IMG/VR virus record: IMGVR_UViG_3300020196_000016
Coordinates: 18,595-82,594 of that record
Origin: a virus
DNA length: 64,000 nt
Strand: one strand, 5' to 3'
Shown here: piece after piece, positions 18,866 to 29,239 of the stretch
Numbering within the stretch: position 1 is the stretch's first letter
Layout of the letters: every line of letters begins with the position of its first letter
Program-made: the position numbers and the translations under genes
The notes under the pieces: model-generated
Databases searched by the model: none
Told to the model about the DNA's origin: nothing
The model's input: only the letters and a program-made list of their open reading frames with translations

Positions 18866-19444
18866 AACACTTTTCGTGATTTAGATCTCCACGATATGAA
18901 CCGGGAAGTTCACACCAATCAACGATATTTCCCTTTTCATCAGCAGCAAACATATAAGTTTCTGGACCCATGAATGGAACTTGACTTACTGATGTAATAA
19001 CATATTTATGACCTTCAATCCTTGGTAATACTTCCCAAAGAAACTGATGATCATTAATACACTTAATTTTATTAGCAACTTTATTCGTCATTGTTTACCT
19101 TGCCCCGCTTTCTATTTTTTGACAACCACTTACGATCTTTGTGTTTTCCTGCTCCGTTTTTCTTCCAAGCATGAACAGCAAAAACATTACGAGATTTAAT
19201 TTTGTTATTCATTACTTGCTCTCCACGATATTATAATTATCCAGCTTTGTCCAATTTATATCAGTTGTTTCAAAGTTATTCATATTGTGATGCATCAACT
19301 TCTTGATACAAAACTCAAGAGGAATCTCTTGTGTAACCTTTCCATTATTTGGATCAGTTGTTACAAGAGTTGCCCTTGAAATAGGAACAAGAGAACCATT
19401 ATAAAGACGAACAAAAATAATATCTGGATTATAATTCTTCATAA

Positions 19445-19951
19445 CTACTCCGCAGTTTCGGGAATACGATAAGAAACATTAATACCATCAAGCAACTTTT
19501 CACGCTTTGCCATACGGAAAAAGTTTCCCCATCCAAGACTCTGCATTACAAGCCCACCATCACTCTCCTTCATAGTATAAAGTGTCCAGTTACAAGGAAG
19601 TGACCGCATACGACCAATAACCTTCCAATGTTCCCATCGGTTCTTACTATTTGGCAGATTGTGGTGAATAAATTTGGTTACACGAGAACTCCAAGAAAGA
19701 AACTGGAAGTCAAGTTCACTTGAAACAAGAAGTGAATAGATGCCAGTCACATCACCAGCACAAATAGTGTTAGGCTGCTTCTGTTTCTGCCAACTTTCAT
19801 ATCGTTCAGTACGAACAACAGGCTTTACAAGATCCTCTTTCATCTTTAGATGAAAAAAGTTGAACAGAGACTTTTCATCATTAAAGAAAATGATCTTGTT
19901 AGAACCCCTAACATCAATACAAAGGCTAGAAGGCTTCAAAGCATACTTCAT
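19445..19951 (-). CDS. Hypothetical protein
   Basis: AAGGAG RBS, intact ORF. Confidence 0.75.
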   Translation of the reverse strand: MKYALKPSSLCIDVRGSNKIIFFNDEKSLFNFFHLKMKEDLVKPVVRTERYESWQKQKQPNTICAGDVTGIYSLLVSSELDFQFLSWSSRVTKFIHHNLPNSKNRWEHWKVIGRMRSLPCNWTLYTMKESDGGLVMQSLGWGNFFRMAKREKLLDGINVSYRIPETAE

Positions 19952-20073
19952 ATAGTATCTCCTTTATTTATTATCAGCAAAATAGCGATCAAAAAAGATG
20001 AAAATCAACATACAAATTGTTGGAGAATTCAACAAGCAAAGTAGAATAAGAATGTTAAACATATTTTCCTCCA

Positions 20074-20760
20074 TCAACGAAGAAACTTCATATGGCGTTC
20101 TTCAACCTCAATAGGCTTCATTTTACCATAGGGAAGAATTGAATAACGCTTTCCACCAGCAGAATGAGAACGTGGAAGAATACCAGCATTATCAATAACA
20201 ATAGCCGAGGTCCAAAGTCCGATAGGAGACTTATCAAGAGAAGAAGGAGCAACAGAATCACCAATCTTGAACTTTGGTGCGACCTTTGCGTTCACAACAT
20301 AACCTTGGGCGTATTTATTATTCATAAACTTATTCCATTGTTCCTCGCTTGGAACAAACTTATCATCAGACAAAATGCTTTCAACAAGCTTTTGATGATA
20401 TGGTGAACTGGTTGCGCGATAAACACCAGCAACAATCTTCATATTGTCGCGCATTTCATCTGTGAACTTATTAGCAAATTCAGTATGCTTTGCGACAGCA
20501 GCATCACTAAACTTATCTTCAATCCTCTTGAAAGAATTATACTGTCCCGCAGTAATACGATTGCGGACAGTAGCATATTCATTAATGCTGGTGAGAAAGT
20601 TCTTTTCCCAATCATTAAGTCCCGGCTTCGTGATGAGATCACGAATACGCTGCACAATACCGGGATTCGTCAGTTCTGCTTCATTGACTTCGGGGGTGAC
20701 TTGCTCCACTTGAACGGTATAGCGCGAAGGACGAACCGGAAAACGGCGATAATAAGACAT
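20074..20760 (-). CDS. Hypothetical early protein with C-terminal SH3-like domain
   Basis: DWEKNFLTSI helical domain, then PKFKIGDSV...; own promoter. Confidence 0.75.
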   Translation of the reverse strand: MSYYRRFPVRPSRYTVQVEQVTPEVNEAELTNPGIVQRIRDLITKPGLNDWEKNFLTSINEYATVRNRITAGQYNSFKRIEDKFSDAAVAKHTEFANKFTDEMRDNMKIVAGVYRATSSPYHQKLVESILSDDKFVPSEEQWNKFMNNKYAQGYVVNAKVAPKFKIGDSVAPSSLDKSPIGLWTSAIVIDNAGILPRSHSAGGKRYSILPYGKMKPIEVEERHMKFLR

Positions 20761-20793
20761 AATGATCTCCGCTGGGCTTGTGTAGGTCTGCCG

Positions 20794-20822
20794 ATTGTAT
20801 CAGAAACCGGCGAGGGCGTCAA
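20794..20822 (-). promoter_or_regulatory. Sigma70-type promoter
   Basis: TTGACG-17bp-TACAAT, extended -10. Confidence 0.82.
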
Positions 20823-20946
20823 CCATCGTCGCAAAAGCGGTATATCTTATGTTTTAACTTACAGATGTCTTCTTTAAGCATTTCGATAAAGACATAAAAA
20901 CTTGGAGCATATATAATTAATAAAAATATATATGCTCCGTAGTTTT

Positions 20947-21582
20947 TCATGGTTTTTTAGTTTCTTTAAATAAACTGCTAAATATTCCTGTTTCTGTTGA
21001 TGTTTCTGTTCCTGTTTTTGGTTTTGGTTTTATTACTGTACCGTCAGTAGCAAGTTTTCCTCCGGATATTCCAGAAACTGCTCTTGTAGGTTCATCTCCG
21101 GATATAAATCTGGTTGGTAATTCTGCTACTGGATCTCTTGGTATCTGAAGTTTTATTTTGTCTAATTCTTTTTTTATATTTGAAGTCTTTAACATTATAT
21201 CATGTAGTCTATTAAATTCTTCTGGTGATATTTTAGAAACTTCTATAGCAATATGTGAATTATTAATTATATCTACCGCAATTTGTTGTAATTGTTCTAT
21301 AGTAGATTCTTGTTCTAAATTATCTAAATAATTACGAATTTTTAATAATGAATTTTTTGTTGCTTCTGAAAAATTTTTAACATTAAAACCTTCTCTTGGT
21401 ATTAATATGCTTAATTCTCCTAATAAACGACTAAGTTCTCCAGCTATAGCTGGTTGTTTTTGTATATTAGCTGGACGGCCACCTACTGTACCGCCCCCCT
21501 TAGGTCCTTCTTTTAATAAATTTCTCTGTTTTGTTCTTTGAACTTCTTCATTAATAAGCTTCTTTAATTCGTTTAAATCCAT
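20947..21582 (-). CDS. Probable virion-internal protein
   Basis: N-terminal LKKLINEE...LLKE leader shared with other late genes. Confidence 0.55.
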   Translation of the reverse strand: MDLNELKKLINEEVQRTKQRNLLKEGPKGGGTVGGRPANIQKQPAIAGELSRLLGELSILIPREGFNVKNFSEATKNSLLKIRNYLDNLEQESTIEQLQQIAVDIINNSHIAIEVSKISPEEFNRLHDIMLKTSNIKKELDKIKLQIPRDPVAELPTRFISGDEPTRAVSGISGGKLATDGTVIKPKPKTGTETSTETGIFSSLFKETKKP

Positions 21583-21600
21583 TTCTATTCCTCGCTTTAT

Positions 21601-21927
21601 CTATTTAGAACCTTTTACAACCTTTTGAACTAAAATTAATTCACTCGCATACATCCAAATTGAAGCATTGTTTCCAACGATATTCTTTCCAGTCCATAAA
21701 ACTAATATTTGTGGTTTTGAAGGAAAAAAATCATCGTTTCTTGCTGGAATTAATTCTCTTAATGTTCCGATCTTTTTTCGTAAATATTCTATATCATACA
21801 CATCATCAAAGCTTATTTTAACATCCATAACTAATCCACAACCAACTTCAAAATCGTAATCTTCAACAAGACGAACAAGATCGCCTATATCAAATTCGCA
21901 CAGCTGTTTGTTGATATAGTCAACCAT
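21601..21927 (-). CDS. GDL-like small protein
   Basis: FDIGDLVRL; preceded by the CTATTTA motif. Confidence 0.65.
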   Translation of the reverse strand: MVDYINKQLCEFDIGDLVRLVEDYDFEVGCGLVMDVKISFDDVYDIEYLRKKIGTLRELIPARNDDFFPSKPQILVLWTGKNIVGNNASIWMYASELILVQKVVKGSK

Positions 21928-21939
21928 ATATTAAATAGG

Positions 21940-23214
21940 TTAACAATCACCACCAATCCAATAGTTTAGTGTATCAATCATTTGTTGTGTGTGATAAGAT
22001 AAATAATCTAAAAATCCTCCACATCTTTGTGTTAAGTCCACCCACAATTGTTGATCTGAAATATCGTAATTAATAAAAGCGCCTATGATATAATTATTTT
22101 CTTCGCATTGTTGAACTACATTTTCAATACCTTGTTGGATATCAAGAAACATATCTTCCTGCATCAACTCATCACTAAATATCAATATTTTTTTATTATT
22201 TGACGACCAACTAACATAACCAATTGAATTTGGATCATTTGAGTTGTATGTAGCATCTAATTGTAATTCTACACCACCAGAAAATTGAAAGTTGTTTGCT
22301 GCTCTTATGGCGGCACATGCTGTTCCAGAATCAGTAAAATCAGATAATACTTTCATTTGATTGAATTCTGTTCCGTCAGCATATCCGATACCTATAACAG
22401 CAAATCTGCTATTTTGTAATACACCTTGTGAACTCCAAGAACAAAGAGCATCGGCAACACTTTCAACAATAAAAGACATAGAACCAGAATAATCAATAAT
22501 GAGAGCAAAATCTTTTTGTAATGAATCTGATTCTACTTCATCGGTAATTCCATCACAATCATCGTCATTATCATTACCACATACTTCTGGAATAGGTGTT
22601 CTCATATTTCTTATGCTGATAACACCATCAACACATTCTTTGTATCCTGCTCTACATTCACCAACATTTATTGTATCTGGATCTCCGGTATAAACATATC
22701 TTTCACCATCGGTAAAGATTGGATCTTCATAGGTATCTTCGTCAACACTCATATCACAATCGTTATCTTTTCCATCACAAACTTCTTTTCCATAAGTATC
22801 CGGATAAAGACATACCCATTCTCCACTTATACATTTTTGATCGGCATATCTACACACGCCAAATGAGATACAATTATTTTGATTAGAATAATATGGTCTC
22901 AATAATTCATAGCCAGAAAAATCATCATCAATCAAGCCATTACAATTATCATCTAAACTATTACAATCTTCTTCGTCTGGTTTTACTTCGCCCCAACAAA
23001 CAAGATTTCCACTTTCATCTCTATTTGTTAGGCCAGTGGAACATTCACCAATGTTTAATTTTCTGTATTCTGAACTATTAAAACTCAATAATACAATTTT
23101 GCCTTCTGAATCAACATAACAAGGATTACCTAATGTTTCAACCAAAATTTCTTGATCGCAATTGCAAGAACCAAAAATGGTAAATAATAATAGAAGAAAG
23201 CTATTTCTTTTCAT
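21940..23214 (-). CDS. Lipoprotein with Cys-rich (MopE-like) repeats and C-terminal VWA domain
   Basis: Signal peptide ending FGSC; EDCNSLDDNCNG, EVCDGKDNDCD, EVCGNDNDDDCDG repeats; IDYSGSM MIDAS. Confidence 0.8.
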   Translation of the reverse strand: MKRNSFLLLLFTIFGSCNCDQEILVETLGNPCYVDSEGKIVLLSFNSSEYRKLNIGECSTGLTNRDESGNLVCWGEVKPDEEDCNSLDDNCNGLIDDDFSGYELLRPYYSNQNNCISFGVCRYADQKCISGEWVCLYPDTYGKEVCDGKDNDCDMSVDEDTYEDPIFTDGERYVYTGDPDTINVGECRAGYKECVDGVISIRNMRTPIPEVCGNDNDDDCDGITDEVESDSLQKDFALIIDYSGSMSFIVESVADALCSWSSQGVLQNSRFAVIGIGYADGTEFNQMKVLSDFTDSGTACAAIRAANNFQFSGGVELQLDATYNSNDPNSIGYVSWSSNNKKILIFSDELMQEDMFLDIQQGIENVVQQCEENNYIIGAFINYDISDQQLWVDLTQRCGGFLDYLSYHTQQMIDTLNYWIGGDC

Positions 23215-23391
23215 CTCCCACTCCTGTTATATAATTTTTAACTTCTTCTGTTTGTTTGTTTAACCACTCTTTAATAATCTTATCAGCAGCTTCAGTATAT
23301 GTTAAGCCGCCATCACAATAAGTGCAGAAGGATTTCTTGCCGAGACAAATCATACATGTAGATTTAACGTATAATTTGCCGTCATTCATTT

Positions 23392-23757
23392 TTAGAATCT
23401 CTCTGGTTTGGAGACATATTCTATTTTTACTATCCCCTGTGTTTTTAATAGCTCTTGTCTTATTCTTAATAGAGCATTAACTACATCGACTTTTATATCT
23501 GGATCGGGTGATTTAAACGGATCAACATCAAATTTCATCTCAAGTATATTATAATCTAATAGCTTGGTGTTTTTATGTTGTTTTATGTTGATAATCGTAA
23601 CGCCCGTTTTGGCGCGTATATCAGATAATATATCTTCTTTCTTTCTTTTCAAATTACGATCAATAACCATAAGAACATTAATCTTCATTTGACTTGGATC
23701 AGCCAACTCGTTTAATGTAGTAGAATATTTTTTAAAACTTTCCAATAACTCTTTCAT
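23392..23757 (-). CDS. Hypothetical late protein
   Basis: MKELLESFKKY leader; CTATTTA motif at 23763-23769. Confidence 0.65.
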   Translation of the reverse strand: MKELLESFKKYSTTLNELADPSQMKINVLMVIDRNLKRKKEDILSDIRAKTGVTIINIKQHKNTKLLDYNILEMKFDVDPFKSPDPDIKVDVVNALLRIRQELLKTQGIVKIEYVSKPERF

Positions 23758-23789
23758 ACAAGTAAATAGCCTTTCATAAGTGAAATATA

Positions 23790-23818
23790 AAAAAAAAGGC
23801 GTGTACCAGACACGCCTT
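23790..23818 (-). terminator. Intrinsic terminator
   Basis: AAGGCGTGT-CTGGT-ACACGCCTT followed by a T tract on the minus strand. Confidence 0.85.
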
Positions 23819-23865
23819 AGTGTAATTTGTGCCCCGGAGCAAAAACTATACACTATATATAATTA

Positions 23866-24225
23866 TTATCCAATAAATATACTTATTACCTTATCTCTAT
23901 TGTCTCTCGGCAACAAAGTGATGGTTAAAATACCATTTTTACAATCTGCCTTAATTTTCTTTGTATCAATACTATCAGTCAATTTCCATTGACGAGTAAA
24001 CTTTTTATTTTCTAAATCAGATGATAATTTTAAAATATTATCTGTAATTTCAAGCTTTAAATCTTCCTTTGAATATCCTGGAATAACAACCTCAATTTTG
24101 GTTGAACCATCTTTTTCTGTTTTTATAGAATCATAGATAAAAGTATCGTCGGAAATCTGTGTCTGATATGGAAAAGAAAAAGCATCATCTAACATTTTAT
24201 TTAATATTTTTGTTGTGTATAACAT
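23866..24225 (-). CDS. Small heat-shock protein (Hsp20)
   Basis: VIPGYSKEDLKLEI...FTRQWKL...IKADCKNGILTITL. Confidence 0.92.
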   Translation of the reverse strand: MLYTTKILNKMLDDAFSFPYQTQISDDTFIYDSIKTEKDGSTKIEVVIPGYSKEDLKLEITDNILKLSSDLENKKFTRQWKLTDSIDTKKIKADCKNGILTITLLPRDNRDKVISIFIG

Positions 24226-24234
24226 AATAAACTC

Positions 24235-24636
24235 CTATATTTTGTCTCCCTCTCCCCAAAAGAGAGGGTTTTGCCGATCATCGGTGATTAGTTGGACTAT
24301 CACACGATCATCTTTATACACAACATCATATTCACCAGTTATTTTAGAGACAAGGGGTTGAAGATTACCATATTTAGGTTTTTGTGGTTTTTTTGTTTTA
24401 CGAGCAGGTTCAGGCATATAATTTAAGTGTTCTAAACAACCATCAATTAATGCTTTACTCGTCATGCCTTCATCAAGTAGTTTTTTGTGGTCTACCTTTA
24501 GATAGGCGCAAACAACCCATTTTGTCGTTCCGAAACCTTCAATATTGTATACACTACTGCTATACAATCCATCTCGGGTTTCTTCGTCCGTAGCATATTT
24601 AGATTTTTTAATTGGGATAAAAGAACAGTCAATCAT
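24235..24636 (-). CDS. Hypothetical protein
   Basis: Intact ORF in operon. Confidence 0.7.
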   Translation of the reverse strand: MIDCSFIPIKKSKYATDEETRDGLYSSSVYNIEGFGTTKWVVCAYLKVDHKKLLDEGMTSKALIDGCLEHLNYMPEPARKTKKPQKPKYGNLQPLVSKITGEYDVVYKDDRVIVQLITDDRQNPLFWGEGDKI

Positions 24637-24887
24637 ATTGTTTTGTTTTCTTTCAAATAGTTTTCTAAATCATCAGAACCGCCTATTAATTTAATAGCAT
24701 TTTGTTCGTGCTCTAAAATAATAGGAACTGTTTTGTGTCCTGTTTGCTGTTTAATTTCTTGTAAAAATTCCAAGTTCTTATCAACAACAACAACTATAAA
24801 AGGCAGTTTACTTTGTTCGAAAAGAGAAATTGCTTTTTTACAGAAAGGACAATCTGTCTTAACATAAACAGTATATTTTTTACTCAT
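24633..24887 (-). CDS. Glutaredoxin
   Basis: CPFC, TVP, IGG. Confidence 0.93.
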   Translation of the reverse strand: MSKKYTVYVKTDCPFCKKAISLFEQSKLPFIVVVVDKNLEFLQEIKQQTGHKTVPIILEHEQNAIKLIGGSDDLENYLKENKTI

Positions 24888-24888
24888 T

Positions 24889-25158
24889 TCAATCTTTCAA
24901 TACTGTTTTTCTTTTTTGTGTTCCAGATAATAGTTTTTCTACTTCTAGTGGACTTCCAACCACAACAAACGAACCTTTTGTTGTTTCTATTCTAGCCAAT
25001 TTCATATTGGATTCATTTGAAAATTCTTCATTAATAGAAATAATGTGTTCTGGATTTACAAACAAATCTCTATAAATAAAACTGGAATTTACTACATTTC
25101 GACCCGAACTATCTTTCATAGTCGAGCCAACTTTTTGTGCTTCTGTTAATTTAATCAT
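24889..25158 (-). CDS. FlbD/SwrD-like small protein
   Basis: MIKLT...FVNPEHIISINE...VVGSPLEV pattern. Confidence 0.45.
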   Translation of the reverse strand: MIKLTEAQKVGSTMKDSSGRNVVNSSFIYRDLFVNPEHIISINEEFSNESNMKLARIETTKGSFVVVGSPLEVEKLLSGTQKRKTVLKD

Positions 25159-25740
25159 ATTTACCTTTCTGTAAGTTCAATAACTTCGTTTTCTTCAATA
25201 TATCTCTCGCCAACATTGTCGACATAAGCTTTGATATAAGATTTGCTGTTTATTGTTTTTCTTTCTAAGAATATTCCTCTACATGGTTTATTCAATATAA
25301 TTCCAACTGGGATTCCATATTGTGGAACTTCATTAGCAACCAATATTCCTTCTCGCAACCATATTGGATCACCCGGAAGAGATATTATCATTTTTTTGAT
25401 CTTCTTTCTGCTCTATTTTACCATCAAATATATCATTTAAACCATTCACAACTGAAGCAACATCTCCAACTCTCATATCAATTTTAGAAAGCAGAACACG
25501 AACAGTATCCATTTCAGTCAATAGTCTTTTTAGTTCTTTTCTATGAGATTCATCGATCAAATCAAGACCGTAAAGATCCCTTTTAATTTGCGATACTTTT
25601 ACTTGTAGTAATGAAATATTTGATATCGCATCATCAAGCGTGATAGCAGAAATTTTACTTACATCTTCTAGATCAGAAGAGATTTGTAGTTTTACTTTTT
25701 GGCTCATAACACTCCTGTTGTTAAACTAACACAACCACAT

Positions 25741-27315
25741 TCACTTGTCAATGATCGCGAAGTTAGTTGTTATAAGTGTAGTTGCTACACTCGCAGCATT
25801 TTGTAATGCTATTCTGGATACTTTGGCTGGATCAATAACACCGTTTTCAAGAAGATTACAATACTTTCTTGTAGCAATATTATATCCATCACCCTTCTTT
25901 TTAACTCGTTCAATAATAACATCTGCCGATTCGTCAGCGTTCTTTAACATTTGACGGAGTGGTGCTTCAACAACTTGGGACATAATATTTAAAGCATTCT
26001 TTTGCTGTTCGTTTTCTAAACCAATCTCGCTTGGTTTTAGTTTACTGAATGCTTTAATTAATATAACTCCTCCACCGTCAACTATACCTTCGTCTTGTGC
26101 TGACCGAACAGCTTCAAGAGCATCTTCAATACGGTGTTTTGTTTCAATCATTTCTACTTCTGTTGTTCCGCCAACATGAATTGTGGCAACACCACTAGAA
26201 AGACGAGTAATTCTTTCTTGTATCTTTTCACACTCACCCATATCTTCTGTTATTTTAAATTCTTCACGAAGAGAATCAATACGTTCTGAAATAACCTTTC
26301 CATCACCTTCACCGCCAACAATTGTTGTCCACAATTTATTTGATTCAATTGTTTTAGCACTACCAAGATCAGCAAGTTTTACATCTGTTAAGCTCTTTCC
26401 AGTTTGTGCTGAAATAAAAGTTGCACCAACAGCAATAGCCATATCCTGGAGAGTGTTAAATCTATCTTTACCATATGATGGTGCTTTGATAGAAGCAACC
26501 TTCATGCTACCACGCATGGCATTTACAATAAGTGCTGCTAATGCTTCACCGAAAATATCATCAGCAACAACAATCAGTGGACGCTTTGCTCGGGCAGCAA
26601 GTTCAAGTGTAGGCATCAACTGGTTTATATCTTCTACACGTTCATCAGTAATAAGAAACATCGGACGTTCATGTTTCATTACACCAAGACGTTCATTTGT
26701 AATAAATTGTCCAGCAGCAATACCACCCTTGAAACGGAATCCTTCTACAATTTCAAGTGTTGTTTGTAATGATTTACCTTCTTTAATTGTAACTGCGCCG
26801 TCTTTGCCGGTTAGATCAACCGCTTCTGCGATCAACTTACCAATCGTTTTATCACCATTAGCGGAGATGGTAGCAACATTTTCTACATCTTCCAGCTTCA
26901 TTACAGGTTTGGACAGCGACTTAATCTTATCTGTTAAGGCTGATACAACTTTATCTATACCGCGCTTTAATTCAATTGGAGAAACACCAGCAGCAAGATA
27001 CTTTTGGCTTTCAACAAGAATAGAACGAGCCAATACAGTTGATGTGGTTGTTCCATCACCAGCAGTATTGGCTGTTTCTTCTGCTGCTTGCTTCATAATC
27101 TGAACAGCAACATTTGCAACTGGATCCTCTGATATATTAACAGCGCGGGCAACCGAAACTCCATCCTTGGTTGCGAACGGACGACGATCTTTTTCATGGA
27201 TGATTACTGTTCGACCTCGTGGACCCATTGTTGAAGCCACATTATCAGCCAGCAATTCAATTCCTTCTAATAGTTTTTGATTTAATGCTTGTTCTCGACA
27301 AAATACTTTACTCAT
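25741..27315 (-). CDS. groL: Chaperonin GroEL
   Basis: TMGPRGR, TKDGVSVA, AGDGTTT, GVIDPAKV. Confidence 0.97.
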   Translation of the reverse strand: MSKVFCREQALNQKLLEGIELLADNVASTMGPRGRTVIIHEKDRRPFATKDGVSVARAVNISEDPVANVAVQIMKQAAEETANTAGDGTTTSTVLARSILVESQKYLAAGVSPIELKRGIDKVVSALTDKIKSLSKPVMKLEDVENVATISANGDKTIGKLIAEAVDLTGKDGAVTIKEGKSLQTTLEIVEGFRFKGGIAAGQFITNERLGVMKHERPMFLITDERVEDINQLMPTLELAARAKRPLIVVADDIFGEALAALIVNAMRGSMKVASIKAPSYGKDRFNTLQDMAIAVGATFISAQTGKSLTDVKLADLGSAKTIESNKLWTTIVGGEGDGKVISERIDSLREEFKITEDMGECEKIQERITRLSSGVATIHVGGTTEVEMIETKHRIEDALEAVRSAQDEGIVDGGGVILIKAFSKLKPSEIGLENEQQKNALNIMSQVVEAPLRQMLKNADESADVIIERVKKKGDGYNIATRKYCNLLENGVIDPAKVSRIALQNAASVATTLITTNFAIIDK

Positions 27316-27334
27316 TTAAACCTCGGTTTAAAAC

Positions 27335-27362
27335 ATTATATCAACAGATTGTGGGAAGTCAA
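27335..27362 (-). promoter_or_regulatory. Sigma70-type promoter of groL
   Basis: TTGACT-16bp-TATAAT. Confidence 0.7.
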
Positions 27363-27365
27363 GGG

Positions 27366-29222
27366 TTATTTTTCTTCTGGTGGCTTGCTTTGATCTTCTT
27401 CTGCTTGGAAGGCAGCAACATTTTCGCTTATAGTTTCGGCATTTTGAATTGCCTTGGTTCCAAAATCGCCCTCTTTTGCTTGTTCTTTTGAAGTCGCAAA
27501 GAAATTAACAAGATTTATATTTAATTCTTGAAATGCTTTAAGCGTGTTATTCATGCTTTCTGCTAAACCAGAAGCAATAGATAATTGTTGTTTATTATAT
27601 TGTTCTGGATTACCAAGATTTAATGGTATTTTATTTGGAATAAGTTGCCAAATGCCTTTAATTGGTATAGAAAATCTTCCTTGTTTTTTTTCATTTTCTT
27701 GTTCGTCTGAACTTTCTACTTCTTGTAATTGTTCTTCATTTTTTGTAGAAGGTTGATTTTGTGCGGCAGACAAAGCCGTTTCTAAACTAGTTTCATATTG
27801 TTTTGCTTTTTGAAGAATATCTGAAAGTGTTTCTAATTTTTGATTTGGCTCTTTAAGTTTTATCAAATCTTCCAATACGGCTCGACTACCATAAGTTGCT
27901 TGTGTTAAATTAGGAACATTTGTACCTCTAAATTCTGGTATTTTTGATAGAATGTTTAAAATATTTTTCAAACTTTCTATAAAACTTCTTTCTTCTACTG
28001 GTATGGAAACACCGGAACGACTTTTCTGTAAATAATTTATTTTATTCTCTTGGGTTGTTTTTTGTATAACTTCTGATGATGATTTTAACTGTTGTAGTTG
28101 TTGTTCGGCAATATCGGCAGGTATTGTTCTGCGACCCATTTGTATAACATTTTTTATTGGCTCTTTAACTGATGGTGTCTTTTCCGGCGTTAATATTGTT
28201 TCATATCCTAATTTGGTTAATTTTTCTTCATTTTCTGTATCAACAACAAGAATACCGCAAGCGCCTTCTTTTACTAGAATTAATCCTGTTGGATATGATT
28301 TAATAATTTTCCATTCATTAGCCGGTAAATGCTGTGGAATATTTGATATAAGTAATTCCGCAAATTCTAATGAATTATTTTCTCTATTAGTAGTTGAAAC
28401 AATATAAGTAATCGGTCTTCCTCTAGTGAGGGCTGCCGTATTTAAATTTTTTGCTGATCCTTTAATTGTAAAATTAGAATCCTTACCTGTAAACATCTTT
28501 AAGCTGTAATCCCAAACTTGTCCTTGCGATTCTTTCGTTACGTCCACAATCTGCTGATCTACTGAACCTAAAACCTTTGCTCCGGTTCCGATTAAAGGAC
28601 GAAGGATATATTCAAACAATTTACCCGGCTGTGCTGTAAAATAAGCAAGTTTTTTTAATAAATTTAAAAATATAAGAGCTGATATAGCTTTTCTTATATC
28701 TTTTGTCTCTACTGGATTATCTGCTGCTGTTTGTGTAAATTCATTTATTTTTTGAATTCTTAGTATCCAATTACCTTTTTCTGTTTCAAGATTACGAACT
28801 ATTCTTGCTATCAGCTTGTTATCTTCGCTTTCCTCTTTCATTTCAGAGTTTGTGATTAATGAAAATATATCTGGAACTTCTATAGTATAACTCTGTGCTT
28901 TTTTTGTTGCTTCATCTTCTCCAATCAAAGCTTCTGTAGATACCCGTAAATGTGGTTGTTTTCCAAAACCATGCTCTTTTGACATCTCATTATAAGAACT
29001 TCTGCTATTACCATTAGCATGATGCGCAACGCCTATTCCTTGTCTAACATTCTCAGGAATAGCATTTGAAACATTGTTTTCACCAAATTTCGTACCGTAT
29101 GGACCGGTTTGCTCGTTCAATACATTATCGATCTCTTCCAATAATTCATTCCAACCAAATTTATTTGATTTGGTTTTAAACTTTTCATCTATTAGCGCAC
29201 CTATATCCAGCGGTTTTTTCAT
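27366..29222 (-). CDS. Large hypothetical protein, possibly virion-associated, with PD-(D/E)xK-like motif
   Basis: LLEEIDNVLNEQ leader; GKLFEY...IVDV...YSLK. Confidence 0.55.
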   Translation of the reverse strand: MKKPLDIGALIDEKFKTKSNKFGWNELLEEIDNVLNEQTGPYGTKFGENNVSNAIPENVRQGIGVAHHANGNSRSSYNEMSKEHGFGKQPHLRVSTEALIGEDEATKKAQSYTIEVPDIFSLITNSEMKEESEDNKLIARIVRNLETEKGNWILRIQKINEFTQTAADNPVETKDIRKAISALIFLNLLKKLAYFTAQPGKLFEYILRPLIGTGAKVLGSVDQQIVDVTKESQGQVWDYSLKMFTGKDSNFTIKGSAKNLNTAALTRGRPITYIVSTTNRENNSLEFAELLISNIPQHLPANEWKIIKSYPTGLILVKEGACGILVVDTENEEKLTKLGYETILTPEKTPSVKEPIKNVIQMGRRTIPADIAEQQLQQLKSSSEVIQKTTQENKINYLQKSRSGVSIPVEERSFIESLKNILNILSKIPEFRGTNVPNLTQATYGSRAVLEDLIKLKEPNQKLETLSDILQKAKQYETSLETALSAAQNQPSTKNEEQLQEVESSDEQENEKKQGRFSIPIKGIWQLIPNKIPLNLGNPEQYNKQQLSIASGLAESMNNTLKAFQELNINLVNFFATSKEQAKEGDFGTKAIQNAETISENVAAFQAEEDQSKPPEEK

Positions 29223-29239
29223 TAATCACACCTCTTAAC

